In this document: positions 1 through 10,233 of the stretch, piece by piece
Numbering within the stretch: the stretch's first letter is position 1
How the letters are laid out: the number at the start of each line of letters is the position of its first letter
NCBI GenBank assembly: GCA_021800155.1
Contig: JAJYZG010000001.1
Coordinates: forward strand, 9,583-73,582
DNA length: 64,000 bases
Source of the DNA: a bacterium
GTDB lineage: Bacteria > Patescibacteriota > Saccharimonadia > Saccharimonadales > UBA4665
Direction: 5' to 3'
Made by a program: the position numbers and the translations under genes
The notes under the pieces: generated by a model
The model's input: the letters and a program-made list of their open reading frames with translations, nothing else
The model's database searches: none
Told to the model about the DNA's origin: nothing

Positions 1-600
1 GATCTCCCACTGATATTAAAAAATAGTGAACCTGCTCAACAGCTAAGACAGTTATTAATAGAGTGCGCTGAACTGTCGATTAAAAATGTGGATTTTAACT
101 TGTCTATCGTCAGGGGTTTTGACTACTATAACGGATTAGTTTTTGAGCTGTTTGATTCGTCGATCGAAAACAGTCGTTCAATGCTTGGTGGAGGCCGTTA
201 CGACGGTCTAGTCGGGCTGTTCGGTGTAGAAACCTTACCAACAGCGGGATTTGGCTTGGGTGATGCTACTCTAATTAACTTTCTTAAGCTTCACGGACTA
301 ATGCCAGACATGGGTACGTCAACACAGATTTATGTGGTTGTCATTGGCGGCCTTATCTCGGAAGCCATGAAAACCGCCACCCTACTGCGCCGCGCAGGTT
401 TAAGGGTGGCTGTTGATTTGACATCCAAAAAACTTGGTGAGCAAATCAAAACAGCCGTCAAAAAAGGTATACGTTTCGTACTGATAATAGGAGAAAACGA
501 GATTAAATCCCAGCAATATACATTGCGCGATTTAATTGATTCGAGTGAAGTTAAATTGTCGATAAAACAGATAGAAAAACTTGTCAAAGGATCTAGTTAA
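1..600 (+). CDS. hisS: Histidyl-tRNA synthetase, C-terminal part (5' end outside window)
   Basis: Frame 1 is open from base 1 into the 88..600 ORF. It has the RGFDYYNGLVFE and GGGRYDGL class-II HisRS motifs and an anticodon-binding-domain-like tail. Confidence 0.85.
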   Translation, partial: DLPLILKNSEPAQQLRQLLIECAELSIKNVDFNLSIVRGFDYYNGLVFELFDSSIENSRSMLGGGRYDGLVGLFGVETLPTAGFGLGDATLINFLKLHGLMPDMGTSTQIYVVVIGGLISEAMKTATLLRRAGLRVAVDLTSKKLGEQIKTAVKKGIRFVLIIGENEIKSQQYTLRDLIDSSEVKLSIKQIEKLVKGSS

Positions 601-613
601 AATTGAGTACATG

Positions 614-642
614 TTGGTCCCTAGTGCAGCTAATGGTAGAAT
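614..642 (+). promoter_or_regulatory. Candidate sigma70-type promoter of tig (TTGGTC-17-TAGAAT), placed for a near-leaderless transcript
   Basis: -35 TTGGTC at 614..619, a 17-nt spacer and -10 TAGAAT at 637..642. Only 9 nt separate the -10 from the ATG at 652, and there is no Shine-Dalgarno. Confidence 0.4.
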
Positions 643-651
643 TATCACCTA

Positions 652-1938
652 ATGCGTAATCATATTGAATATATCGAACCTACTAAAGTAAAAATAACCG
701 TCAAAGCTGACGAAAAAGATTTAGCAATAGCTAAACAATCCGCCATTATTAGTTTAGCTAGTAGTATTAAGGTGCCAGGATTCCGGCAAAATAAAGCTCC
801 AGCATCAATTTCCGAGAAATACTTGGATAGTCATAGGCTGGACGAAGAAACATTACAAGCTGCTCTAAATGATCTATACCAAAAGACATTGACTAATTCT
901 AAAATTAGACCCGTTACTCAGCCGCAAATAGAGGTTAAGCATTATCTACCATACGAATCATTAGAGTTTGAAGTATTAGTTGAAGCAGTGGGCAAAATTA
1001 AGCTAGGTCCATACAGGGGGTTGAAAGTTCAACGAGACAAATCAGTAGTTATGGATATAGAAGTTAACGTAACATTGGAACGGATACAGAAGCAGCTCGC
1101 AAAACGTAGTCCTGTTAAACGAGCCTCTAATACTGGGGATGAAGTCATAATAGACTTTGACGGAATCTATGCAGACTCTAGGAAGTCCATAGATGGAGCC
1201 AGCGGTAAAGATTACGCACTTGAATTAGGAAGTCAATCTTTTATTCCAGGGTTTGAGACCGAACTAATCGGCGCCAAAGCCGGTGAAAAACGTAAGTTTA
1301 AAATTAATTTTCCCAAGAATTATCAGGTAGCGTTTTTGCGCGGCAAACTAGCCGAGTTTAAGATTACAGTCAAGCAGGTAAATGAAATTACGTTACCCAA
1401 ATTAGACGACGCCTTCGCTAAAAAAGCTGGCCCATTTAAGAACTTAGACGAACTTAGAGCGGACATTAAACGAGAACTTACTTCTGCTAAAGCTGACGAA
1501 ACTGCAGCTAAGTATCAAAATGCGTTAGTCGATGCAGTAGTTTCTTCGTCTGAGGTTAACGTACCTAAAAGCTTATTAGAAGACGAAATCAAGCGCATCG
1601 AACTTGATTTTAGGCAAAACGCCGCCTATCGCGGCTTGACTTGGTCAGAATATTTGGCTACAGAAGGATTAAACGAAGATAGTTATAAAAAATTAGCAAA
1701 TAAACAAGCTGCTGCACGGATTAAGACGGGATTAATTCTGGGCGAAATTGCAACCATCGAAAACATTCAGACCAATAAAAGTGAGCTAGAGGATAGGGTT
1801 AATTCACTCAAGCAGCGCTACGCGTCAGACAAGGCTATGCAAGACGAACTAAGTAAACCTGAGAATATTGCAGACCTTAGAAGCCGCATAACACTCGAGA
1901 AGACGATACAGCGTTTAGAACAATTAAACCCCAATTAG
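652..1938 (+). CDS. tig: Trigger factor
   Basis: 428 aa with the N-terminal GFRQNKAP ribosome-binding signature (GFRxGxxP type) and a central FKBP-like segment. It sits in the conserved position upstream of clpP. Confidence 0.88.
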   Translation: MRNHIEYIEPTKVKITVKADEKDLAIAKQSAIISLASSIKVPGFRQNKAPASISEKYLDSHRLDEETLQAALNDLYQKTLTNSKIRPVTQPQIEVKHYLPYESLEFEVLVEAVGKIKLGPYRGLKVQRDKSVVMDIEVNVTLERIQKQLAKRSPVKRASNTGDEVIIDFDGIYADSRKSIDGASGKDYALELGSQSFIPGFETELIGAKAGEKRKFKINFPKNYQVAFLRGKLAEFKITVKQVNEITLPKLDDAFAKKAGPFKNLDELRADIKRELTSAKADETAAKYQNALVDAVVSSSEVNVPKSLLEDEIKRIELDFRQNAAYRGLTWSEYLATEGLNEDSYKKLANKQAAARIKTGLILGEIATIENIQTNKSELEDRVNSLKQRYASDKAMQDELSKPENIADLRSRITLEKTIQRLEQLNPN

Positions 1939-1961
1939 CACTCTTGACTATGGAGTGCTAG
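1935..1961. promoter_or_regulatory. CIRCE-type inverted repeat (HrcA operator) TTAGCACTC-N9-GAGTGCTAg
   Basis: TTAGCACTC at 1935..1943, a 9-nt spacer, then GAGTGCTAG at 1953..1961. This matches 17 of 18 positions of the CIRCE consensus TTAGCACTC-N9-GAGTGCTAA. It overlaps the tig stop codon and ends 10 nt before the clpP ATG. Confidence 0.7.
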
Positions 1962-1970
1962 TAGATTAAT

Positions 1971-2594
1971 ATGGTTTTCTATATGAATGACTCAAAACTA
2001 AAGAGCCAAGTTTTAATACCGACTGTTATCGAGCAGGAAGGACGATATGAAAGAGCCTATGACATTTATTCAAGGCTACTTAAAGAACGCATTATATTTT
2101 TGGGTAGCGACATTAATGAAGCCACAGCTAATACAGTAGTTGCGCAAATGCTTTTTCTTCAGGCAAATGATGCCAAAAAGGATATTTACCTTTACATCAA
2201 TAGTCCTGGTGGTTCAGCCTATGATGCGCTGGCAATCTACGATACTATGCAGTACGTCTCTAACGACGTACAAACTGTGGGTATTGGAGTACAGGCTTCA
2301 GCAGCTGCCTTTATTTTAAGCAGCGGCGCTAAAGGCAAACGCTTTTTGTTACCGAACGCAACTGTCATGATCCATCAGCCAAGTAGTGGAACTAGAGGTA
2401 AAATTACCGATCAGGAAATATCGCTGCGTGAAGGTTTGCGTTTAAAGAAGCTGCTAGAGGACATTATGGCCAAGAATACTGGACAAACAATACAGAAAAT
2501 TCACGAGGATATGGAGAGAGACAAATGGCTATCAGCGGACGAAGCAAAAAAATATGGGATTATAGACCAAGTTTTTAAACCGATAAATAAATAA
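1971..2594 (+). CDS. clpP: ATP-dependent Clp protease proteolytic subunit
   Basis: LIPTVIEQ...[12 protein letters not shown]-terminus, Ser in GVQASAAAF, His in MIHQP, and Asp in the ERDKW region. An alternative start at ATG 1983 (MNDSK...) is possible. Confidence 0.95.
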   Translation: MVFYMNDSKLKSQVLIPTVIEQEGRYERAYDIYSRLLKERIIFLGSDINEATANTVVAQMLFLQANDAKKDIYLYINSPGGSAYDALAIYDTMQYVSNDVQTVGIGVQASAAAFILSSGAKGKRFLLPNATVMIHQPSSGTRGKITDQEISLREGLRLKKLLEDIMAKNTGQTIQKIHEDMERDKWLSADEAKKYGIIDQVFKPINK

Positions 2595-2802
2595 TTGCAG
2601 TTTGAGTCTTGACAGCGAATGTTCCATGAATCATACTATAATTTAAGAAGTAGTGTAGTCTAGGGAATTTGTAGCCAAAATACAGATACAAGCAACCCAG
2701 TGACTTAGTTAGCTTCGCTTAACGTAATCAACTAAAACAAACTAAATAGTACTAATTAATTACATTTAACGATAGCTAATCGAATTAAGGGGGCAAATTA
2801 CA

Positions 2803-5800
2803 GTGGCGAAGACTACTGCATTTAAAAGTCACAAAATTGAAAACGCACAGAGAATTTACTTTACAAAACAAGATCAAGCGGTAGAGCTGCCAAATTTAGT
2901 CGATCACCAGAATCGATCGTTTAACTGGTTTATCGAGGAAGGTTTGGGGGAACTGTTAGCCGAAATCTCGCCAATCGACGACTATACTGGGGCTAAGCTG
3001 TCGCTGTCATTTAAGGAATATCACTTCGACGAACCGAAAATGACAGAATTTGAAGCACGAGAGAATAACGTGAGCTTTGAAGCTCCTCTCAAAGCAACTG
3101 TTGTTTTAACCAATAAAGTAACGGGTGAAATTAAAGAGCAGGAGATATACCTGGGAGACTATCCGTGGATGACCACACGCGGCACATTCGTTATTAACGG
3201 TGCCGAGCGCGTCGTGGTTAGTCAATTAATCCGTTCTGCCGGCGTATTTTTTACGCGGTCGCAGCATCCGGCATCAGGTTATCTATACGGCGCTAAAGTT
3301 ATTCCCGGTCGTGGCGCATGGTTGGAATTCGAAACTGCTGCTAACGGTGCGATATACGTCAAGATCGATCGAAAACGCAAAATCGCTGTTACGACATTGC
3401 TCAAGGCTCTAGGTATGAGTGAAGCGGCACTAAAAGATGCATTTGCCCATGTAGATAGCGGAAATTTGCGATATATCGATGCCACCCTAGATAAAGATCC
3501 GTCACATGGTCAAAATGACGCCCTAATCGAAGTCTACCGACGCCTCCGTCCAGGCGATTTGGCTACGGTAGATAACGCAAAAAGTCTGATTGAAACAATG
3601 TTTTACAATTTCAAACGTTTCGACTTTTCGCGCGTAGGTCGATATAAGATTAATAAACGCCTTGATTTAGATGTGCCTAATACGATCGAGAATCGAGTAC
3701 TGCACTTAAGTGATTTGGTTGCGATTGTAGCTGAAATTGTACGGCTCAATACTACACAAGAACCAGCCGACGATATTGATAGTCTGGCGAACAGGCGCAT
3801 TAAACTTGTCGGTGAATTAATTCAAAGACAATTCCGAATTGGCTTGCTAAGGATGGAGCGAAACACCAAAGATCGGATGAGCATGAGTGATATTGAGAGT
3901 GTTCAACCTGCACAACTGATTAACGCGAGACCGGTAGTAGCTGCTGTACGTGAGTTCTTTGCCAGCAGTCAGCTGTCTCAATTCATGGATCAGATTAATC
4001 CGCTGTCCGAATTAGCCCACAAACGACGACTCAGCTCAATGGGGCCAGGCGGACTAAGCAGGGAACGGGCGGGATTTGAGGTGCGTGATGCCCATGCGAC
4101 TCATTACGGACGTATATGTGCCGTCGAGACTCCTGAGGGAGCGAACATTGGTCTAGTATTAAACTTGGCTAACTATGCCAGAGTGAATGACTACGGCTTC
4201 ATCGAAACTGCGTATCGTAAAGTGGTTAATTCGGTAGCTCCGAAAGAAATAGTTGGACATATCGCTGCAATTGACTACCTTAACGAGCGTGGTACTGTGA
4301 TCGTTAAAGCGGGAAAAAAATTGACTAATAGCGATGCCGAGAAGCTTGCTAAGATGAAAAACCAGGTCACCTGGCCAGTTAAAGCAAAAGTAACTGACAA
4401 GATCGAGTATCTAGATGCAGCAGCAGAAGAAAGTACAGTTATTGCAGGAGCAGGAAATGAAATTGACGAAAACGGATATTTTGTGTTAGACCGCGTTAGC
4501 GCTCGTCTTCACTTAGACTCTGGCGAGGTTGACGCCAATGACGTTAATTACATGGATGCCGCACGCAACCAAATTATAGGTAGCAGTGCCGGCTTAATTC
4601 CTTTCATAGAAAAAAACTACGTCTACCGTTCGCTCATGGGAAGTAACCAGCAGCGGCAAGCCGTGCCTCTGATTCAGCCCGCCGCGCCAATCGTCGGAAC
4701 TGGACTGGAACGGCCGGCTGCACTAAATACTGGACAGGTGATACTGGCTAAAGAAGATGGTGAAGTCGATAAGGCGACAGCAGATGAGGTGGTTATAAAA
4801 TATAAAGACGGTAAAAGTGTAACCTATGTACCTCAGCATTTTGTCCGTAGTAACGAAGGGACTTCAATCAACCAAAAAGTAGTCGTTCGCAGCGGACAAA
4901 AGATTAAGTCCGGTAACATCATTGCAGAGGGCATGTCAATTGCCGGCGGCGAGCTGGCTCTAGGTAAAGACCTGATCGTAGCGTTTATGCCATGGTCTGG
5001 GTATAACTTTGAGGATGCCATAATTATTTCGCGGAAATTAGTTGAGGATGACACCTTAACCTCTATACATATTGTAGATTTCATGATCGAAGTCCGCGAA
5101 ACAAAACTGGGTCCGGAAATTGTTACACGGGACATTCCTAACGTATCAGAAGAGTCACTAAGACATCTGGATGAAGACGGTATTGTTCGTATAGGCGCAG
5201 AAGTTCACCCCGGCGACATTCTCGTAGGAAAAATTACTCCGAAAGGAGAACAGGAACTAAGTTCCGAGGAGCGACTGTTAAGAGCAATTTTTGGAGAAAA
5301 AGCCAAAGAAGTACGCGATACCTCTCAACGTATGAGCAACGGAAAACACGGTAAAGTTGTTGGAGTGAAAATTTTTAGCCGGGAAAACGGTCACGAACTA
5401 AAAGCCGGCGTGATTATGCAAATTCAAGTTTTTGTTGCCCAGATGCGTAAAATAGCTGTCGGCGACAAGCTCGGGGGTAGACACGGCAACAAAGGAGTTA
5501 TTGCTCGTATTCTGCCGATTGAAGATATGCCATTCATGGAAGACGGTACGCCCGTGGATATTATTTTGAACCCACTGGGGGTTCCATCAAGAATGAACAT
5601 CGGACAATTATTTGAAACGCACTTAGGTATGGCCGCTCGAGCACTTAATATGCATGTCGCAAGTCCGTCCTTTGATGGTGTAAGTAAAGATAAGATTCAA
5701 GAACTGCTACGCCAGGCCAATTTGCCTGATGACGGTAAGCAACAACTATATGATGGGCGAAATGGTGAGGCTTTTACTGAGCGTACCACTGTTGGCAGCA

Positions 5801-6402
5801 TGTACATCATAAAACTTAATCACATGGTGGCTGATAAAATTCACGCACGCTCAACCGGTCCCTACACCATGGTAACGCAACAGCCATTAGGTGGTAAAGC
5901 TCAGAATGGCGGCCAAAGATTTGGCGAGATGGAAGTATGGGCCCTAGAAGCCTATGGAGCTGCAACTACTTTGCAGGAAATGCTGACCTTAAAGAGTGAT
6001 GACGTATACGGAAGAAGCAAAGCTTACGAATCGATCATTAAGCGCACTCAAATTGTTGGTCCAAAAGTACCGGAAAGCTTTAATGTTTTAGTCAAAGAGC
6101 TGCAAGGACTATCGCTAAAAGTTGATCTAATCAAAGAGAGCGAGGTGGTTGATGCCGAAGATGTACTTGCGACCAGCGTTCAGGACGAAGCTTCTCATCC
6201 TAGTAGTGTCACCGTACCAGAACCGACTATATCGGACATTGATCTAAGTGAAGAGACCCTGGGAGAAGTCGGAGACGACTTCAGTGTTGTAGACATAGAA
6301 GGCGATGGCATGAGCGGTAAGACCGCAGTTGTCTCTACCGCATCCAGTGATGATGACAACGATAACGATGATAATGAGAATGAGGAAGGAGAAGAGGATT
6401 AG
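2803..6402 (+). CDS. rpoB: DNA-directed RNA polymerase subunit beta, with a ~85-aa acidic C-terminal tail
   Basis: GTG start preceded by AAGGGGG. It has conserved beta blocks (GTFVINGAERVVVSQL, RLSSMGPGGL, GDKLGGRHGNKGV, GGQRFGEMEVWALEAYGA). Confidence 0.97.
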   Translation: MAKTTAFKSHKIENAQRIYFTKQDQAVELPNLVDHQNRSFNWFIEEGLGELLAEISPIDDYTGAKLSLSFKEYHFDEPKMTEFEARENNVSFEAPLKATVVLTNKVTGEIKEQEIYLGDYPWMTTRGTFVINGAERVVVSQLIRSAGVFFTRSQHPASGYLYGAKVIPGRGAWLEFETAANGAIYVKIDRKRKIAVTTLLKALGMSEAALKDAFAHVDSGNLRYIDATLDKDPSHGQNDALIEVYRRLRPGDLATVDNAKSLIETMFYNFKRFDFSRVGRYKINKRLDLDVPNTIENRVLHLSDLVAIVAEIVRLNTTQEPADDIDSLANRRIKLVGELIQRQFRIGLLRMERNTKDRMSMSDIESVQPAQLINARPVVAAVREFFASSQLSQFMDQINPLSELAHKRRLSSMGPGGLSRERAGFEVRDAHATHYGRICAVETPEGANIGLVLNLANYARVNDYGFIETAYRKVVNSVAPKEIVGHIAAIDYLNERGTVIVKAGKKLTNSDAEKLAKMKNQVTWPVKAKVTDKIEYLDAAAEESTVIAGAGNEIDENGYFVLDRVSARLHLDSGEVDANDVNYMDAARNQIIGSSAGLIPFIEKNYVYRSLMGSNQQRQAVPLIQPAAPIVGTGLERPAALNTGQVILAKEDGEVDKATADEVVIKYKDGKSVTYVPQHFVRSNEGTSINQKVVVRSGQKIKSGNIIAEGMSIAGGELALGKDLIVAFMPWSGYNFEDAIIISRKLVEDDTLTSIHIVDFMIEVRETKLGPEIVTRDIPNVSEESLRHLDEDGIVRIGAEVHPGDILVGKITPKGEQELSSEERLLRAIFGEKAKEVRDTSQRMSNGKHGKVVGVKIFSRENGHELKAGVIMQIQVFVAQMRKIAVGDKLGGRHGNKGVIARILPIEDMPFMEDGTPVDIILNPLGVPSRMNIGQLFETHLGMAARALNMHVASPSFDGVSKDKIQELLRQANLPDDGKQQLYDGRNGEAFTERTTVGSMYIIKLNHMVADKIHARSTGPYTMVTQQPLGGKAQNGGQRFGEMEVWALEAYGAATTLQEMLTLKSDDVYGRSKAYESIIKRTQIVGPKVPESFNVLVKELQGLSLKVDLIKESEVVDAEDVLATSVQDEASHPSSVTVPEPTISDIDLSEETLGEVGDDFSVVDIEGDGMSGKTAVVSTASSDDDNDNDDNENEEGEED

Positions 6403-9400
6403 ATGACTCAAAATAACTATACCTATGGAACAGATATTGCAGATTTTGATGCAGTCAGGCTCGCCATAGCTAGTCCCGCCGATATCTTAGACTGGAGTTA
6501 TGGGGAAGTAACTAAGCCCGAAACAATAAATTACCGTACCCAAAAACCGGAGCGCGACGGATTATTTTGCGAACGAATATTTGGACCTGTAAAGGATATA
6601 AATCCACATGACGCAAAATATAAGGGAGTGCGCAGTCGCGAGGCGGCAGTCGACAAAAACGGAGAGCTGGTTACTAAAAGTATCGTTCGACGTGAGCGCA
6701 TGGGCCACATCAGTTTGGCTGTACCGGTAGCACACATCTGGTTTTTGCGTGGTACACCGAGTGCAATGGGACTACTTCTAGGAATGACCGTTAAAAACCT
6801 GGAGCGTGTGGCTTATTTTGCAAGTTTCATTATTGTGTCGATTGATGTCACCAAGCGTGAGCAATTACTGACAGATAAAGAAGCTGAATTTAACGCAGCT
6901 AAGGAAGCAATTAAACTACGATTTGAAAATGAAGCTCAAGCTGAATCTGCTAATGTCAAGGCATTAGCCGAGATGCAGAGCAAGGAACTTGAAGAATTAA
7001 ACCAAGAGTTTGAGGCATACAGGGATCAGGTTGGGAGTTTGATCAAGCTGAACCTGATCAGTGAGACAGATTATCGAGCACTGCCCGATGAACTGCGATC
7101 GATCATTAAAGTTGGTATGGGTGGGTCGGCACTCAAAGAATTACTGGACGAAATTGATCTTACAAAACTAATTAACGAATTAAATGCAGAAGTTGAAGTG
7201 GCCAAGGGCCAACGGCGGAAACGGCTAATGAAGCGACTGCGCCTACTCGAGAGTATTCAGCGGGCAGGAATTCAACCAGGCAGTATGTGCATATCTATAT
7301 TACCGGTTATCCCTCCAGACCTAAGACCAATGGTGCAATTGACTGGTGGAAGATTTGCAACTAGCGACTTGAACGACTTATACCGTCGTGTGATTAACCG
7401 CAATAATCGACTAAAGAAACTAATAGATCTTAACGCCCCTGAGGTGATTCGCCGTAATGAACAACGCATGCTACAGGAAGCGATTGATGCGTTAATAGAT
7501 AATTCCGCTGCACGCGGCGGAAGGGCTGTTGCTGCTACCGGGCAGCGTCGTCGTCTTAAGAGCTTATCCGACATGCTCAAAGGTAAGCAAGGCCGGTTTC
7601 GACAGAATCTACTGGGGAAGCGAGTCGATTACTCCGGTCGTTCCGTAATCGTTGCAGGACCTGAACTAAAGATCTATCAATGCGGTCTACCAAAAATGAT
7701 GGCTCTTGAACTGTTCAAACCATTTGTAATCGGTGAGCTTATTGCTAAAGAACATGCTCATAATATACGTAGTGCCACACGCCTGATTGAGCTGAGTGAG
7801 ACAGTTGTATGGGATGCTCTAGATGAAGTAATTAAAGGCAAGTACGTGCTGCTTAATCGTGCTCCGAGCCTCCACCGTTTAAGTATTCAGGCTTTTCAGC
7901 CCGTACTAATCGAAGGACGCGCCATTCAACTGCATCCGCTGGTATGCCGTGGGTTTAACGCCGACTTTGATGGTGATCAAATGGCGGTACACTTACCACT
8001 AAGTGATGACGCGCAGGCGGAAGCCAAAGATATTATGGTCAGTAACCGTAATTTGCTTAAACCAGCTGACGGATCACCCATACTACACATTGAGCAAGAC
8101 ATTGTACTCGGTTGTTATTACTTGACGTATGACCAGCCGGGCAATCAGGATATGCCCTTACCCTTTAGCAGTGTTGACGAAATAATCTTTGCCTTGGATC
8201 GGGGTAAAATTAAGTTGCAAACTCGTGTTAGAGTACCGTTTCGCGGACAGGTGCGAACCACAACCTCCGGTCGAGTTCTATTTAACGAAACGTTCCCTGA
8301 GGACTTCCCGTATCAAGATGAACCAATGACAAAAAAACGTCTACAAAATGTCATGGCAGATGTTTACGCCCGATATGGTCAGGAAAAAACGGCGTTGATC
8401 GCTGATGATCTTAAGGATCTAGGCTTCACATATGCAACAGTTTCGGGATTAAGTATGGGAATGAGCGATTTCGAACGTATCGAAGGAATGGATGAACTAA
8501 TTGCAGAAGGCGATGCCCGCTCGGCGGCTATATCAGAGCAATTTGAACAGGGCTTTATTACCGACGAAGAACGCTCTCGCCTAACCGTAGATAATTGGAC
8601 ACGAGTCGAAAACCAGATACAGGAACTACTTAGCACGCAAATGCTAACCAAAAACACGTCAATGGCTATCGCCTTTATATCAGGGGCCCGCGGAAGCATC
8701 ACGCAAATGAAGAACTCAGTTGGTATGCTTGGAGTGCTGCAGGATGCCGCCGGAAGGACGATTGAACTTCCAGTTAAGTCTAACTATATTTCCGGACTTG
8801 ATCCGCTCGAGTACTTCACTGGCACGCGTGGAACACGTAAAGCATTAATTGATATTGCCTTAAAAACAGCCGATGCAGGTTATCTGACAAGACGTTTAGT
8901 CGACGTATCGCAAGACGTGTTTACCATTGAGGATGAGCTAAACGATCCGGGCTTTGCGACGCGGCGCATCGATGCAGAGGAAATCGGAGTTAGTTATGCA
9001 TCCCGCTTAAGTGGACGCTATGCAGCCGAAGATATCGGTACGTACGTGAAGAGAGGGGAAGTAATTACTCCCGAAATCGCGACTGCTATTGATGCAAACA
9101 GCAAGCTGGACAACCTTAAAATAATGAGCGCTCTGTCTTGTACCAATGTGCACGGCGTTCCTCAACGGTCGTATGGAGTTGATCCTGCAACCGGAAAACT
9201 AGTTAGTCCGCATCACCCAATTGGTGTAATCGCGGCACAGAGCATAGGTGAACCTGGAACGCAGCTAAGCCTAGATTCAAAACACCGCTCCGGTGCCGTA
9301 GTTGCAGACGACTCTGCGCAAGGACTAAGCCGCATCGAGGAGTTATTTGAAGTACGTTCGCCTAAAGGTGTAGCATACCTAACGGATATTAGCGGAACGG

Positions 9401-10233
9401 TAAACGCTTGGGAAGAAGGTGATCATTATGTAGTACAGATTACCGCTCACAATAAAGAAAAACTAACTTTTGACCTTGGGGAGCGAAAGATAAAGCTGGC
9501 GGACGGAACAGACGTTGCCATTGGTGATGTTATAGCAGCCAATGAAGATAACAGCGAACCGGTCGTAGCGCCAATGGCAGGTAAATTGCACGTAACAGAT
9601 ACTACATTGGTCATTACGCCAACAAAGCAAAGCGTTATACGCTACGAAATACCCGGATTTAAACAGCTACTAGTCGAAGATGGAGATAAGGTGGTAGCCG
9701 GACAGCGTTTAACTTCCGGGTCCATTAACCTGCACGATTTGATGCGTTTACAGGGAGTTGAAGCGACTCAGCGCTACATCATGAATGAAATCCTTAAAAT
9801 ATTTGTAGGGCAAGGACAAAATATCGCCGACAAACACCTTGAGATAATTGTTAGACAGATGTTTAGTCGCGTTCAGATAGAGGATAGCGGTGATAGTGAG
9901 TTTGTGACAGGCGATATTGTGTCAAAACTGGCCGTCAGTGAAGTAAACGAAAAGTTAATTGCCGAAGGTAAGCAACCTGCAAAATACCTGCAATTGCTAC
10001 TCGGAATAACTAAAGCATCACTTTCCACTGATTCTTTCTTGTCGGCGGCTTCATTTCAAGATACGACACGAGTTTTGATAGCGGCAGCGACGTCAGGTAA
10101 AGTAGATCGTCTATTCGGACTGAAAGAAAATGTCATTCTAGGCCGCAAAATACCGGTCGGTACGGGTTATATATCCTCAGAACGAGAATTAGAGGAAGAA
10201 AACATCGACGAAACAGAATCTTTTGTATCTTGA
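6403..10233 (+). CDS. rpoC: DNA-directed RNA polymerase subunit beta-prime
   Basis: The ATG abuts the rpoB stop. It has the [12 protein letters not shown] catalytic motif, the bridge helix/trigger loop ([26 protein letters not shown]-like) and [16 protein letters not shown]. Confidence 0.97.
   Translation: [1276 protein letters not shown]

Noticed and set aside
2620-2660. Promoter TTGACA...TATAAT upstream of rpoB.
   Set aside because: TTGACA and TATAAT are 22 nt apart, which is too long. Only a weaker CATACT at 17 nt fits, so I did not list it as a feature.
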